IMG/VR virus record: IMGVR_UViG_3300005337_000004
Span: 1 to 60,744 of that record
Direction: 5' to 3' (one strand)
Source: a virus
Taxonomy: Duplodnaviria > Heunggongvirae > Uroviricota > Caudoviricetes
DNA length: 60,744 nt
The position numbers were made by a program, and so were the translations under genes. Under the pieces are notes generated by a model. It did no database searches and was not told the DNA's origin. It saw only the letters and a program-made list of their open reading frames with translations. Positions 25,572 through 34,624 of the stretch are shown here, in pieces (position 1 is the stretch's first letter; every line of letters starts with the position of its first letter).

Positions 25572-26912
25572 TCACGTCTCCGCCATGTCGATCGCCCGCG
25601 AATAATGCCCCTGGAACCCGACGGTGATTTTGCACTGCGGGCCTTGCCGGTTCTTGGCGACGATCAGTTCTAGTTCGCCGGCGCGCGGGGACTCGCGTTC
25701 GTAGTAGTCGTCCCGGTACAGCAGCACGACGATGTTGGCGTCCTGTGCGATGGTGTCGGATTCGCGAATGTCGGACAGGATGGGCCGCTTGTCGGCGCGG
25801 GCGGCGGGTGACCGATTGAGCTGGGCGCCAACGACGACGGGCACGCGGAAGTCCATGGCTATGCGCTTGATGCCACGGGACAGTCCGCCGACGTCAATGG
25901 TACGGTTCCCAGATTCTCTCTCGGGCGTGAGGATCTGCAGGTAGTCAATGACGACCAGCTCGGGCAGGGCTTGGCGGGCCTGCATGCGACGCAGGGTAGA
26001 GCGAATCCGGCCGAGGGTGACGGTGCCGTCGATAATCATGTCAAAGGGGGCGCCGAGGATCCGGCCGGCCGCTTTACCGAGCCGCTTCTGCTCGAAATCG
26101 TCGATGCTGACGTTACCGCGCAAATGATGCAGCGGCACTTTCGCCTCGGCCGCGAACAGGCGCTGCATGACCTGCTCTTTGCTCATCTCCACTGACACCA
26201 GCAGGGTGTGCTTGCCGCATTCGATGGCGGCATGCCGGGCAAAGTCGACCATCACCACTGACTTACCCATGCCGGTGGCGCCGCCCACGACCACCATGTC
26301 ACCGCCTTCGATAGGCACGGCGCCACGGAAGTCCCGGTACGGGGTGGGCAGGTAGTTGCGGGGCTTGTCGCGGTCCAGGAGGTCGTCCAGGAAGCTCTCA
26401 GCGGCATCTGCGACGGCGGTGACGTCCTGACCGCCGGTGTCGCCGGTGACAGCCTGGATTTCGGCGGCGGCCAGATCGACGATTGCGGCGGTGTCGGAAC
26501 CGTCGGTGACGTAGGACATCTGCACGATCCGGGTTCCGGCCTGCCCGAGGCGCCGCAGGATCGCGGTCTCTTTGACGATGTCGGCGTAGTAGCCGGCGTT
26601 CGCGGCGGTCGGCACCGTGTGGATCAGTTCTTGCAGGTACGGTCCGCCGCCGATTTGGTTGAAATCGCCGTTCTTGGTGAGCAGCGCACCGACGGTGACG
26701 GGGTCGGCTGGTTCGCCGCGGGCGTTGAGGTCGCAGATGGCGGCGAAGATGGTTTCGTGTGCGGGCTTGTAGAAGTCGGCGGGCGTCAGGGGCACGTCGA
26801 GGACGTCGCCGATGGCATTGGGTGAGAGCATCATGCCGCCGAGGACGCACCGTTCGGCGTCGAGGTCGGACGGCGGGGTGCGGTCGTATCCGGGCTCGTC
26901 GGGGTTGGTCAT
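25572..26912 (-). CDS. dnaB: DnaB-like replicative helicase
   Basis: AERCVLGGMM, GATGMGKS, SVEMS, IDYLQI, AQLNR, SDIRES, IVAKNRQGP. Confidence 0.95.
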   Translation of the reverse strand: MTNPDEPGYDRTPPSDLDAERCVLGGMMLSPNAIGDVLDVPLTPADFYKPAHETIFAAICDLNARGEPADPVTVGALLTKNGDFNQIGGGPYLQELIHTVPTAANAGYYADIVKETAILRRLGQAGTRIVQMSYVTDGSDTAAIVDLAAAEIQAVTGDTGGQDVTAVADAAESFLDDLLDRDKPRNYLPTPYRDFRGAVPIEGGDMVVVGGATGMGKSVVMVDFARHAAIECGKHTLLVSVEMSKEQVMQRLFAAEAKVPLHHLRGNVSIDDFEQKRLGKAAGRILGAPFDMIIDGTVTLGRIRSTLRRMQARQALPELVVIDYLQILTPERESGNRTIDVGGLSRGIKRIAMDFRVPVVVGAQLNRSPAARADKRPILSDIRESDTIAQDANIVVLLYRDDYYERESPRAGELELIVAKNRQGPQCKITVGFQGHYSRAIDMAET

Positions 26913-28081
26913 GCGGCGCTCCGTTGGTTGGCGGCCGGGTGGCCGGGTGGTGGGCTATTGGGGTGCAGGCAGCGGGCGTCATGGCCGCTTTCGTGCTCGT
27001 ACCAGCCGAAGGGGTCGCACCAGCGGCAGTCGGCGGCGGTGCGGCCGGTAGCGCCGGGGGCGGACTGTTCCGACTTCGGCGGCGTCCAGTACTCCAGGTG
27101 CTTGCGCAGGTTGTTCCAGCCGTGCGTCGCCATGTCGGCTGCGGCCAAGCACAGAAGCTCGGCGCCTTCGCCTTCGTTGAGAAGTTCGCGGGCAGTGCGA
27201 CGGATGGCGTCCGGGGCCTTCACGGGGTGCGCGGCGCCGTTGCGAGTCCTGGCCCATGCTTCGATCCAGGCCTGCACGATCGACTCGGCGGGGTCGGAGG
27301 TGTTCGGCTTGCTGAGATCTTCTTTCTCTCGGGGTTTGTTCGGATCCGCCTCGGGCGGTCGCGTGGTGACCGTAGAGAGAGAAGCTTCTTTGAGAGACTT
27401 ATTAAAGAGATCGTTTCCGCTGGTCAGGTCATGATCAAACGCGGAATTCCGAAGATCGAACGCGGAATTCCGCGCGTGATCTTCGGAATTCCGACACTCG
27501 AAACGACCTGCGGAACTACCGTGTTCTACCTGGTCAGTTCGCGTGTCGGAATTCCGACTCTCGAAAGGATGTGCGAGACCGTTCGGGGCGTCCTTCGGCC
27601 GCGCAGGTGTCGAGCCGATTGCCGGCGGATCCGCCGGACTGGCACGCCAGTCCTCGCGGTAGCTGTCCAGCTTGTCCCATGCGTTCCGCCAGCCCTGGAA
27701 CCCCTCGGGTGGCAGGTCGTTCACCTGGAAGCGACGACGAGATTCGATGCCACCTCGGCCCGTCGATGCGACCAGCCGCTCACCGTCCCGGTTCGTTACC
27801 AGGCCCAGATGGTTCAGCACCTTCAGCGCGTCTCTGACGGCGGTCAGTGAAGTCGGCTTGCCGTTTACGCCAGGCAGAAGCCAGCACAGGTGATCCAGGG
27901 TGAGGCGCCGCGACGACTGATTGTCGCCCTTCTCGATCACCAACGATCGCATGATCGCGTACAGCTGGAACGGCGTGCCGCGCAGCTCGGGATGGAGCAT
28001 CGTCCAGTCCCGTATCGGCGTGAAGGACAGGCGTAACCCGTCGGCCGCGACGAGGTCGAACGACTGATTGTCGGTGGTCAT
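26909..28081 (-). CDS. replication initiator 2 (winged HTH, internal iterons)
   Basis: FTPIRDW...FQLYAIMRSL HTH; RNS repeats; ATGA-coupled to dnaB. Confidence 0.75.
   Translation of the reverse strand: MTTDNQSFDLVAADGLRLSFTPIRDWTMLHPELRGTPFQLYAIMRSLVIEKGDNQSSRRLTLDHLCWLLPGVNGKPTSLTAVRDALKVLNHLGLVTNRDGERLVASTGRGGIESRRRFQVNDLPPEGFQGWRNAWDKLDSYREDWRASPADPPAIGSTPARPKDAPNGLAHPFESRNSDTRTDQVEHGSSAGRFECRNSEDHARNSAFDLRNSAFDHDLTSGNDLFNKSLKEASLSTVTTRPPEADPNKPREKEDLSKPNTSDPAESIVQAWIEAWARTRNGAAHPVKAPDAIRRTARELLNEGEGAELLCLAAADMATHGWNNLRKHLEYWTPPKSEQSAPGATGRTAADCRWCDPFGWYEHESGHDARCLHPNSPPPGHPAANQRSAA
27442..27556. repeat. Four CGGAATTCCG palindromic iterons in 21-bp phase, putative origin 2
   Basis: Starts 27442, 27463, 27484, 27547 (spacing 21, 21, 63). 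Confidence 0.85.
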
Positions 28082-28167
28082 CGGTTGCCTTCAGTGAGGG
28101 GTGGCGCAACGTGGCGGATGACGGGAGGGGTTGCGATCAGTCGCAGGTCCGGCTGTACGTTGTCGGG

Positions 28168-28461
28168 GTGACCGAACCAACCCCGGAGCCAACGAACGCC
28201 GAGCTGCTGGCCGCAATGAACGAGCAGGCCGCGGCGATGATGGCGCTGACCGAGATGGTGCGGCAGGGCTTCGCGCACGCCATGACGGAGGTCGCCGGCG
28301 TGAAGGGTGACGTGGCTGCCGTGAAGAACGAGGTTCAGCGGTCCGAAGCGTCCATTACGGCCCGCGTCGCCGACGTACAGAACGTGGTGCGGACGCTCAA
28401 GGCGGATTTGTCGGGGCATGTTGACGATCCCGGCGCGCATCCTCACCGACACGCGGCTTAA
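28168..28461 (+). CDS. coiled-coil hypothetical protein
   Basis: Heptad-rich ORF ending HPHRHAA. Confidence 0.65.
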   Translation: MTEPTPEPTNAELLAAMNEQAAAMMALTEMVRQGFAHAMTEVAGVKGDVAAVKNEVQRSEASITARVADVQNVVRTLKADLSGHVDDPGAHPHRHAA

Positions 28462-28509
28462 CGGGCAGCTCACGTCGGGTCTACCGGTCAACCACCGTAC
28501 TAGGCGCAC

Positions 28510-28526
28510 CAGGTTTCGCGTACTGT
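28510..28526 (-). promoter_or_regulatory. 17-bp site, left copy of inverted repeat
   Basis: CAGGTTTCGCGTACTGT is the exact reverse complement of 29975-29991. Confidence 0.75.
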
Positions 28527-28590
28527 TGCTAACCTTATCGAGAAGGTTGCACGGTTCAGCCAATCCCACGTATGCCTGAGGATTCCGCCT

Positions 28591-29124
28591 ATGCCCGATC
28601 AGCCCAAGGCTGACGACTCCACCGCCTACCTTGTGCCAACCGGCGGTGCGGACGCATGGTCCGCAGCCACTGCTGATCGCAATGGCAGCCAGCAACTTCT
28701 GGCGGTCGAGACCATCACTCCCCCGCAGCGGATCGCCGACGCGCTTCAACTCGGTGCGTCCGAGCGCGCCGTGGTTCGGCGTCGGCTTATGCTGATTGGC
28801 GGCCGGCCGGTGGAGATTGCGAACTCCTGGTACCCGGAGCTGCTGGCGCACGGCACACCGCTTGCCGACGAACGCCGGATCAAGGGTGGCGCGGCAACAG
28901 CGATTTCCGCACTCGGTCTGGTGCTGTCCTATGCCGACGAAGAGGTCGAACTGGACTCGTCCCCCACCGCGGACGAAGCCGGGCTGCTTGAAGTGCCGGA
29001 GTCCGAGCGGGTGGTGCGGCTGTTCCGCACCGCATACACGAGCGAGGACACGCCGGTCGAAGTAACTGACTCCGTGATACTGCCTGCCGGCCGGGTTCTT
29101 CAGCACCGGATTGAGGTGGGCTGA
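28591..29124 (+). CDS. stand-alone UTRA-domain protein (no HTH)
   Basis: AVVRRRLMLIGGRPVEIANSWYP...IKGG...PVEVTDSVI. Confidence 0.85.
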   Translation: MPDQPKADDSTAYLVPTGGADAWSAATADRNGSQQLLAVETITPPQRIADALQLGASERAVVRRRLMLIGGRPVEIANSWYPELLAHGTPLADERRIKGGAATAISALGLVLSYADEEVELDSSPTADEAGLLEVPESERVVRLFRTAYTSEDTPVEVTDSVILPAGRVLQHRIEVG

Positions 29125-29127
29125 GCC

Positions 29128-29901
29128 ATGGCCGACGGCGCCTACACCGATCCCCGGCCGCGACGTGAGCAGATCGCAGCAGACCTTCGAGCGGTCATCC
29201 TCGCAGGCAAGTACCCAGAGGTGCTTCCAGGGGTCAACATCCTGGCCGAGTGGTTCGACACGACGGTTAACACCATTCAGCACGCCCTGGCGATCCTGAA
29301 GGAAGAGGGGCTGATTCAGGCGGAGAAGGGCAAAGGGACCGAGATCATTGCCGAGCCGAAGATTTTGGTTCTTGCTGATCCGGACCCGCAGCTCGACGTC
29401 TACCGCTACGACTCGCTCGCCGTTGACGTCCTTCGAGTTGCGGTACCCGAGCGGAAGCGGCAGGAGCGTCTGGACGAGCGCGACCCCGAAACCGTGCCGA
29501 CGGATGTTGCCCGCCTTCTTGGCTTGAGTGCTGACGGACAGGCTGTGCGCCGCTTCAGAGTGATGCGCGTAAGGGCGACGGATGAGCCCGTCGAGGTGGA
29601 CTGGTCCTACTACCCGGTAGAGATTGCGGCAGGCACCCGCATTGCCCAGCCAGGATCGATCAAGGGCGGTGTACAGAGGATCCTCGATGAGATGGGCCTG
29701 CCCGTAGTTGACTACGAGGACCGCGTCTCGACGCGCGTTCCCACCACACAGGAACTTGAGCTGCTGCACCTGCCGCCGTTCGTGTCGGTGTTGCAGACGC
29801 TCCGAGTTGTGTGGTCGCACGACAGGAAGCCCATTGAGGCGACTGTCATGGTGAAGGGTGGTCATCGCTTCGAGTTGCTGTATCGCAGGTCCACGCATTG
29901 A
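29128..29901 (+). CDS. GntR/HutC-family regulator (KorSA/TraR-like)
   Basis: QIAADLRAVILAG...LP....LAEWF.....IQHAL..LKEEGLI...GKGT plus UTRA domain. Confidence 0.88.
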   Translation: MADGAYTDPRPRREQIAADLRAVILAGKYPEVLPGVNILAEWFDTTVNTIQHALAILKEEGLIQAEKGKGTEIIAEPKILVLADPDPQLDVYRYDSLAVDVLRVAVPERKRQERLDERDPETVPTDVARLLGLSADGQAVRRFRVMRVRATDEPVEVDWSYYPVEIAAGTRIAQPGSIKGGVQRILDEMGLPVVDYEDRVSTRVPTTQELELLHLPPFVSVLQTLRVVWSHDRKPIEATVMVKGGHRFELLYRRSTH

Positions 29902-29921
29902 TCGCACCCCCCTGTGTCTCT

Positions 29922-29949
29922 GGCCCCCGGCTCAAGCCGGGGGCCTTTT
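29922..29949 (+). terminator. intrinsic terminator
   Basis: GGCCCCCGGC-TCAA-GCCGGGGGCC-TTTT. Confidence 0.85.
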
Positions 29950-29974
29950 CGTTGTGCCGAGGTTGAGGCTTAAC

Positions 29975-29991
29975 ACAGTACGCGAAACCTG
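29975..29991 (+). promoter_or_regulatory. 17-bp site, right copy of inverted repeat
   Basis: ACAGTACGCGAAACCTG. Confidence 0.75.
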
Positions 29992-30041
29992 CTAATCTCA
30001 GCAATGACAGCACACCGAGCAACGCCGACAAGGGAGGCAGC

Positions 30042-30245
30042 GTGAGTAAGACCGCAGGTCAGGTCAATTTCTTGCGAGTGGCTGACGTCGCCCTTCGCAT
30101 CGGCGCGAGCGAATCCAAGGTCCGGATCTTGATCCGGAAGAAGCTGATCGCCGCCGAGCGCGACGGAGACCGCGGCATGTACCTGGTCAACGAGACCGAG
30201 TGCGACCGCTACCTGGCTGACCGGCGCGCACGCGCCGCCGCCTAG
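30042..30245 (+). CDS. excisionase-like HTH protein
   Basis: FLRVADVALRIGASESKVRILIRKKLIAA...MYLV. Confidence 0.75.
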   Translation: MSKTAGQVNFLRVADVALRIGASESKVRILIRKKLIAAERDGDRGMYLVNETECDRYLADRRARAAA

Positions 30246-30318
30246 CAAAGCGGCCCAGCCAGCGATAGCGCGCCGACCGGGCCTAGACAGCCATCCGCTC
30301 CAGGAAACGGAGACCGCC

Positions 30319-30618
30319 GTGACCACCACCGTACAGACCGCAAACCAGAACTGCCCCGCCTGGTGCCTGCGCCATGAGCCGGCAGTCGAGGGCCTGTGCA
30401 TTGGCCCCGCCGTCGAACTCGGCTTCGGCCCGAACCCGGACAACCCGCAGCACGCCCGCGACGCCCGGATCCTCACCTACAACGAGCCCGGCGGCATCAT
30501 CACCCTGTCGCTGATCGTAAACGGCACCGAAAGCTTCGACATGACCCCGGCGCAGGCCCGGCAGATCGCCGCCGCGCTGAATCAGGCCGCGGACGCCACC
30601 GAGGACGGCGCGCGATGA
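30319..30618 (+). CDS. hypothetical protein (DUF6907-like)
   Basis: CPAWCLRH...MTPAQARQIAAAL. Confidence 0.6.
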   Translation: MTTTVQTANQNCPAWCLRHEPAVEGLCIGPAVELGFGPNPDNPQHARDARILTYNEPGGIITLSLIVNGTESFDMTPAQARQIAAALNQAADATEDGAR

Positions 30619-30821
30619 GCGGCTTCGGCAACGGCGAACGCGTCGACTTCACCACCGACCACGTCAACCGCAAACTCACCGGCACCGTCGTCGACTTCGA
30701 ACCCAACTGGGACGGCAGCAAGGTCGAGTACACGGTCCGCGTCGACACCGCAAGCGGCGGGGGCACGCTCCAGACCACCGCAGACAAGATGCGCCGGAAC
30801 ACCAGCGGCGGTGGGCGATGA
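30615..30821 (+). CDS. small SH3/KOW-like protein
   Basis: MSGFGNGERVDF...TGTVVD...YTVRVD; ATGA overlap. Confidence 0.6.
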   Translation: MSGFGNGERVDFTTDHVNRKLTGTVVDFEPNWDGSKVEYTVRVDTASGGGTLQTTADKMRRNTSGGGR

Positions 30822-30985
30822 CCGGCCCCGTCACCATCAACGCGAGCAGCCAGGGCTACGACGCCCTCATGGCCACGCTGATCGGCACCAGCACCGCGCA
30901 GCCCGCGAGCTTCCAGGCCCGTGTCGCCGACCGCATCACCCGACAGCAGAACGCCGCGAAGGCCGGCAGCAAGGCTGGTGCGTGA
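30818..30985 (+). CDS. small hypothetical protein
   Basis: 55 aa, start/stop overlaps at both ends. Confidence 0.6.
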   Translation: MTGPVTINASSQGYDALMATLIGTSTAQPASFQARVADRITRQQNAAKAGSKAGA

Positions 30986-31197
30986 TGGCCAAGTACTCCT
31001 GGATCGCGACCTTCAACTACCCGGCCCCCGGCGGATCGGTCACCGTCAGCGCGCAGAACACGTTCGAGACATCCGAGACGGTCAGCCGGTCCGCGACGCT
31101 GGCGATGATCGTTCAGCACCTGAACGAGATCAAGGGCATGCCCCTCGACGCCAACGTGCTGTTCTTCAGCATCGAACCCGACGAGGTGGCGCGATGA
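30985..31197 (+). CDS. small hypothetical protein
   Basis: 70 aa, TGATG overlap. Confidence 0.65.
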   Translation: MAKYSWIATFNYPAPGGSVTVSAQNTFETSETVSRSATLAMIVQHLNEIKGMPLDANVLFFSIEPDEVAR

Positions 31198-31949
31198 TGA
31201 CCGCGACCCGCCCGGCGCCCATCCAGTACCCCGGCGACTCATGGCACCGCATCGCCATCCACGAAGCCGGCCACGCCGTAGCGCACCTGCTGCTCGGCCA
31301 CCACGTCCTCGACACCAGAATCGGGCCCGGCGCCGACGGCCACATGGGCACCATCAGCGGCAACACCAGATTCACCGGCCTGAACGCCAGCGCCCTGCCC
31401 GAGCTGGTCGGTACCGCGGCTGGCGAGACCGCCGTGCTGCACCTGCTTAACCGGCAGTGGACTCCGAACGCCGACGCGATCGCCCGTGCCACCGCAAACC
31501 ACGACCGGGAACGCGCCACCAGCATCACCGCCGGAACGACGCTGCCGATCGGCATCGAAACGGCGCTGGCCACCCGGATCGTCGCCGACTACTGGGACGC
31601 GGTCGAGAATGTCGCCGACGCCCTGCGCAGGTCGGACATCGGGCGCCTCGACCAGTTCGAGATCCTGGCCGCCGCCGACCTGGGTGCCGCCGAAATCGAC
31701 TGGTCCGAGCTCTACTCCATGGCCAACAACGCCATGCCCTTCAACTCCGACCTTCAGGCCTACCTGAACGGTCCGGGGTCGCAGGAAGAGAACGTCCGTG
31801 TTGAGTTCCTGCGGCAGCTTCGCGCGCACAACATCCTTTTCAGCCCGGAAACGGCACCGCGCCATCAGGTGGTCGCCGAGATTTTCGACCGCGGGCTGCC
31901 GGAGATTCAGGCCGCGTACCAGGCCGCCGCCGAGGAGCGTGCCCGATGA
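31194..31949 (+). CDS. stand-alone M41-like HExxH metallopeptidase domain protein
   Basis: RIAIHEAGHAVA...AAGETA...HDRE...WDAVENVADAL. Confidence 0.7.
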   Translation: MMTATRPAPIQYPGDSWHRIAIHEAGHAVAHLLLGHHVLDTRIGPGADGHMGTISGNTRFTGLNASALPELVGTAAGETAVLHLLNRQWTPNADAIARATANHDRERATSITAGTTLPIGIETALATRIVADYWDAVENVADALRRSDIGRLDQFEILAAADLGAAEIDWSELYSMANNAMPFNSDLQAYLNGPGSQEENVRVEFLRQLRAHNILFSPETAPRHQVVAEIFDRGLPEIQAAYQAAAEERAR

Positions 31950-32296
31950 CCGGCTTCGACCTCAGCGACCTGGCCCTGTTCACCAACAGCGCCGGCCGCC
32001 GCGTTGTGAAAATCATCGAGATCCTCGACCCCGCCCACGACTACATCGTCCACGCCGTCGGCGGCACCGCGTACTTCGCCCACCACAGCGAACTCGAACC
32101 GCTACCCGCCGACACGCCCGCGTTCGCCGCAGACACCAGGGTCCTGGTGGCCGACGCCGGCCGTACCGGCATCGTGTCCGCCCCGGAATTCCGGGGCAAC
32201 CTGTTCGGCTACTGGCTCGACCTTGACGACACCGGCGAGCACGTGTGGGTCCCGGCCGAACTGCTGACCGCGCACGAAGGCGGTGAGCAGCGATGA
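31946..32296 (+). CDS. tandem SH3-like protein
   Basis: FGYWLDL..G..W.PA..L shared with next gene. Confidence 0.65.
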   Translation: MTGFDLSDLALFTNSAGRRVVKIIEILDPAHDYIVHAVGGTAYFAHHSELEPLPADTPAFAADTRVLVADAGRTGIVSAPEFRGNLFGYWLDLDDTGEHVWVPAELLTAHEGGEQR

Positions 32297-32661
32297 CCGA
32301 CTTCAAGCCCGGCAACCTGGTGATGTTCACCCTCGGACGCGGCAACTACATCGGCACCATCCGGCCTAACGTCAGCGACGGACTCGGCTGGGCCATCGAA
32401 ACCCAGTCCGGGACCTTCTACGCCGACGACGACATGCTGACGCTGCTGCCCGACAACACGCCGCTGCTCTGGCGCGGCGACACCGTCCAGATTCGGCTCC
32501 TTGCTGAGGATCCCGAATACGCCGGGCAGACCGGGCAGATCTTCGAACCCGGGTTCGATAGCGGCGGCGAGACGTTCGGCTACTGGCTGGACCTCACTTC
32601 GGGCGGGCGGGGATGGTTTCCGGCCTACGCCCTGATCGCTTTGGGCGGTGACCGGCGATGA
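32293..32661 (+). CDS. tandem SH3-like protein, paralog of 31946-32296
   Basis: FKPGNLV; GDTVQI...GQTGQI...FGYWLDL. Confidence 0.65.
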   Translation: MTDFKPGNLVMFTLGRGNYIGTIRPNVSDGLGWAIETQSGTFYADDDMLTLLPDNTPLLWRGDTVQIRLLAEDPEYAGQTGQIFEPGFDSGGETFGYWLDLTSGGRGWFPAYALIALGGDRR

Positions 32662-33083
32662 CCGGCTTCAAGTCCGGCGACTGGGTCGGCATCGGCCAGC
32701 ACCCCGACGAGAACCTCGAAGGCCGCACCGGCACCGTTGAGCACGAGACCGGCGAGCACGGCCCGTTCATGGTGCGCCTCGACAAGCCGCTGCCCGACGG
32801 CAGCGAATACGTCGAGGCGTTCGGCCACGAGCTGGAGCTGCTGCAGTCCCGCGACGTCATCACCGTCGTGACCGGCGCGGACGGCGCGGACGTGGCCGCG
32901 GTCCACGACTCGGCCACGCGAAGCGTCGACATCGTTTGCTCCGCGCACCCCGACTTCCTGACCTTTACCTACGACGTCGGCACCGTTGACGCCGTCCGTA
33001 ACGGATTCCGCGCCGACGCCGCCATGTACGCGGACAAGCACGCCACCGGCAAGCACGCCACCGACGCTCTCGACAGGAGCTGA
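32658..33083 (+). CDS. SH3-like N-terminal domain protein
   Basis: FKSGDWV...GRTGTV...FMVRLD. Confidence 0.6.
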   Translation: MTGFKSGDWVGIGQHPDENLEGRTGTVEHETGEHGPFMVRLDKPLPDGSEYVEAFGHELELLQSRDVITVVTGADGADVAAVHDSATRSVDIVCSAHPDFLTFTYDVGTVDAVRNGFRADAAMYADKHATGKHATDALDRS

Positions 33084-33088
33084 CCACC

Positions 33089-33520
33089 ATGACCGTCGCC
33101 ACCCTGACCCGTCTGGACCGCTCCGTGACCGATGCGCCGCGCTTCGCCAAGACCGACCTGCCCCGTGCTTTAACGTCCGTTGGCGAAGCCCGTGCGTGGA
33201 CGGGAAAGACCCTGGCCGGCTGGGACGCGCCCGGCGACACCATCGACGACGCGGTGCTGCTGGTCTCGGAGATCGTGACCAACGCCCTCGTTCACAACGC
33301 CGGCGCCGGAACCACCACCGTCACCGCGGCCTTCTGGCACGGACACCTCCGCATCACCGTGTCCGACCCCGACCTCCAGGTCCCCGTACCGGACCGGGCG
33401 GACGACGAGCACGGACGCGGCCTGATGATCGTGTCAATGCTGGCCACGCGGTGGGGCGAGACGAAAACCCTCGCCGGGAAGTTCGTGTGGATCGAGCTGA
33501 CTGCGGAGTGGCCGCGATGA
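33089..33520 (+). CDS. HATPase_c RsbW-like ATP-binding protein (anti-sigma-like)
   Basis: VSEIVTNALVH, ITVSD, EHGRGL.IV, RWG...GKFVW. Confidence 0.9.
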   Translation: MTVATLTRLDRSVTDAPRFAKTDLPRALTSVGEARAWTGKTLAGWDAPGDTIDDAVLLVSEIVTNALVHNAGAGTTTVTAAFWHGHLRITVSDPDLQVPVPDRADDEHGRGLMIVSMLATRWGETKTLAGKFVWIELTAEWPR

Positions 33521-33714
33521 CCCAGCCCACGACTGCCGGCGACGCCTACGACGCGGTGCTGATCGCAGGCCTGCGCGAGCACGTCTTCGACCTCGAAGAC
33601 TACGACGCCGAAGCCGCCGCACGAGAAGCAGCCAGCGAGATCCCGCAGCTCGGGAGGTTCGCTCAGGACCTACGCGCGGCCGAGATCCAAATCAGGAAGG
33701 AGACCGGATCGTGA
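33517..33714 (+). CDS. small hypothetical protein
   Basis: ATGA overlap. Confidence 0.6.
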   Translation: MTQPTTAGDAYDAVLIAGLREHVFDLEDYDAEAAAREAASEIPQLGRFAQDLRAAEIQIRKETGS

Positions 33715-34184
33715 ACGCGCTCGCCATCGCACGCTACCTCGGCACCCGCCTGCACTCCGCCGAACTGACCGCCGCCGCGTGGCTCGATACCCGCCGCCAT
33801 GTCCGTCTGTTCCCTCTGGCTTGGGTACACCAGGGCGTGCGCCCGTGGCTCCCGACCGGTATCGCGGTTGCCGTTTTGGCGCTCGGCCACCCCAGCCGGG
33901 CCGCTGGCGCAGTTATCACCATCGTCGGCGTGGCCCTTACCGTCTTCTCCCGCATCGCAGCCAAGAGTCACCACATTCTCAACGAGGAAGACCGGCCCTG
34001 CCCGTACTGCCCCAAGGGCGAAGGACCCGGTAACGGTGGCCTGTGGCTCGACTGGGACATCGACGACGACGACATCCCGCCCGCACCGAACGAGCTGACA
34101 GAGATAACCGACGAGGAGATCCGCGAGTCGCTCAGCAACTTCGACGCCGACTATGCCGAAGTGTGCCGGGAGGCAACGCGATGA
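33711..34184 (+). CDS. membrane protein with acidic tail
   Basis: Two hydrophobic segments, CPYC. Confidence 0.65.
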   Translation: MNALAIARYLGTRLHSAELTAAAWLDTRRHVRLFPLAWVHQGVRPWLPTGIAVAVLALGHPSRAAGAVITIVGVALTVFSRIAAKSHHILNEEDRPCPYCPKGEGPGNGGLWLDWDIDDDDIPPAPNELTEITDEEIRESLSNFDADYAEVCREATR

Positions 34185-34624
34185 AGATCCTGCGACGCAA
34201 CCGCTCCGGCGACCTGACCGGCCCCAACAGCCCCTACAAGACCGAACGCGCCGCCTACTGGGCCTGGACGTTCCTGCGGCACCCCAGCTTCATCCTCAAC
34301 CGCCCCGTCATCGTCCGGCTCGCCGACGACACCATCGTCAGCCCCCTGTTCGTGTACGGCAACCTGCAGGTCCCGGCATACAGCGGCGTCCAGTTCTACA
34401 ACGGCGTCAACATCGAAGGCGACGCCCGCAGCCTGCAACGCCTGGCCGCGCTGCTGATCGACCGGGCCGAACGCGTCGAGCACGTGCAGGCGCTGCTGGA
34501 CACCGGGGCGATGCCCGGCGACGAAGACACGGCGGCGTTCCCGGACGGGTTCGGCCCGGACGTCGCATGGCAGGACCTGAGGCTCGGCAACGCCAAGCGA
34601 GCCGGCCGCTGGACCGGTGCCTGA
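34181..34624 (+). CDS. hypothetical protein
   Basis: ATGA overlap. Confidence 0.65.
   Translation: MKILRRNRSGDLTGPNSPYKTERAAYWAWTFLRHPSFILNRPVIVRLADDTIVSPLFVYGNLQVPAYSGVQFYNGVNIEGDARSLQRLAALLIDRAERVEHVQALLDTGAMPGDEDTAAFPDGFGPDVAWQDLRLGNAKRAGRWTGA

Noticed and set aside
21961-27556. Iteron arrays as CRISPR repeats
   Set aside because: Short palindromes inside initiator ORFs, no spacer-length regularity, no cas genes
28078-29907. 609-aa minus-strand ORF
   Set aside because: Antisense shadow of the UTRA/GntR genes; no motifs
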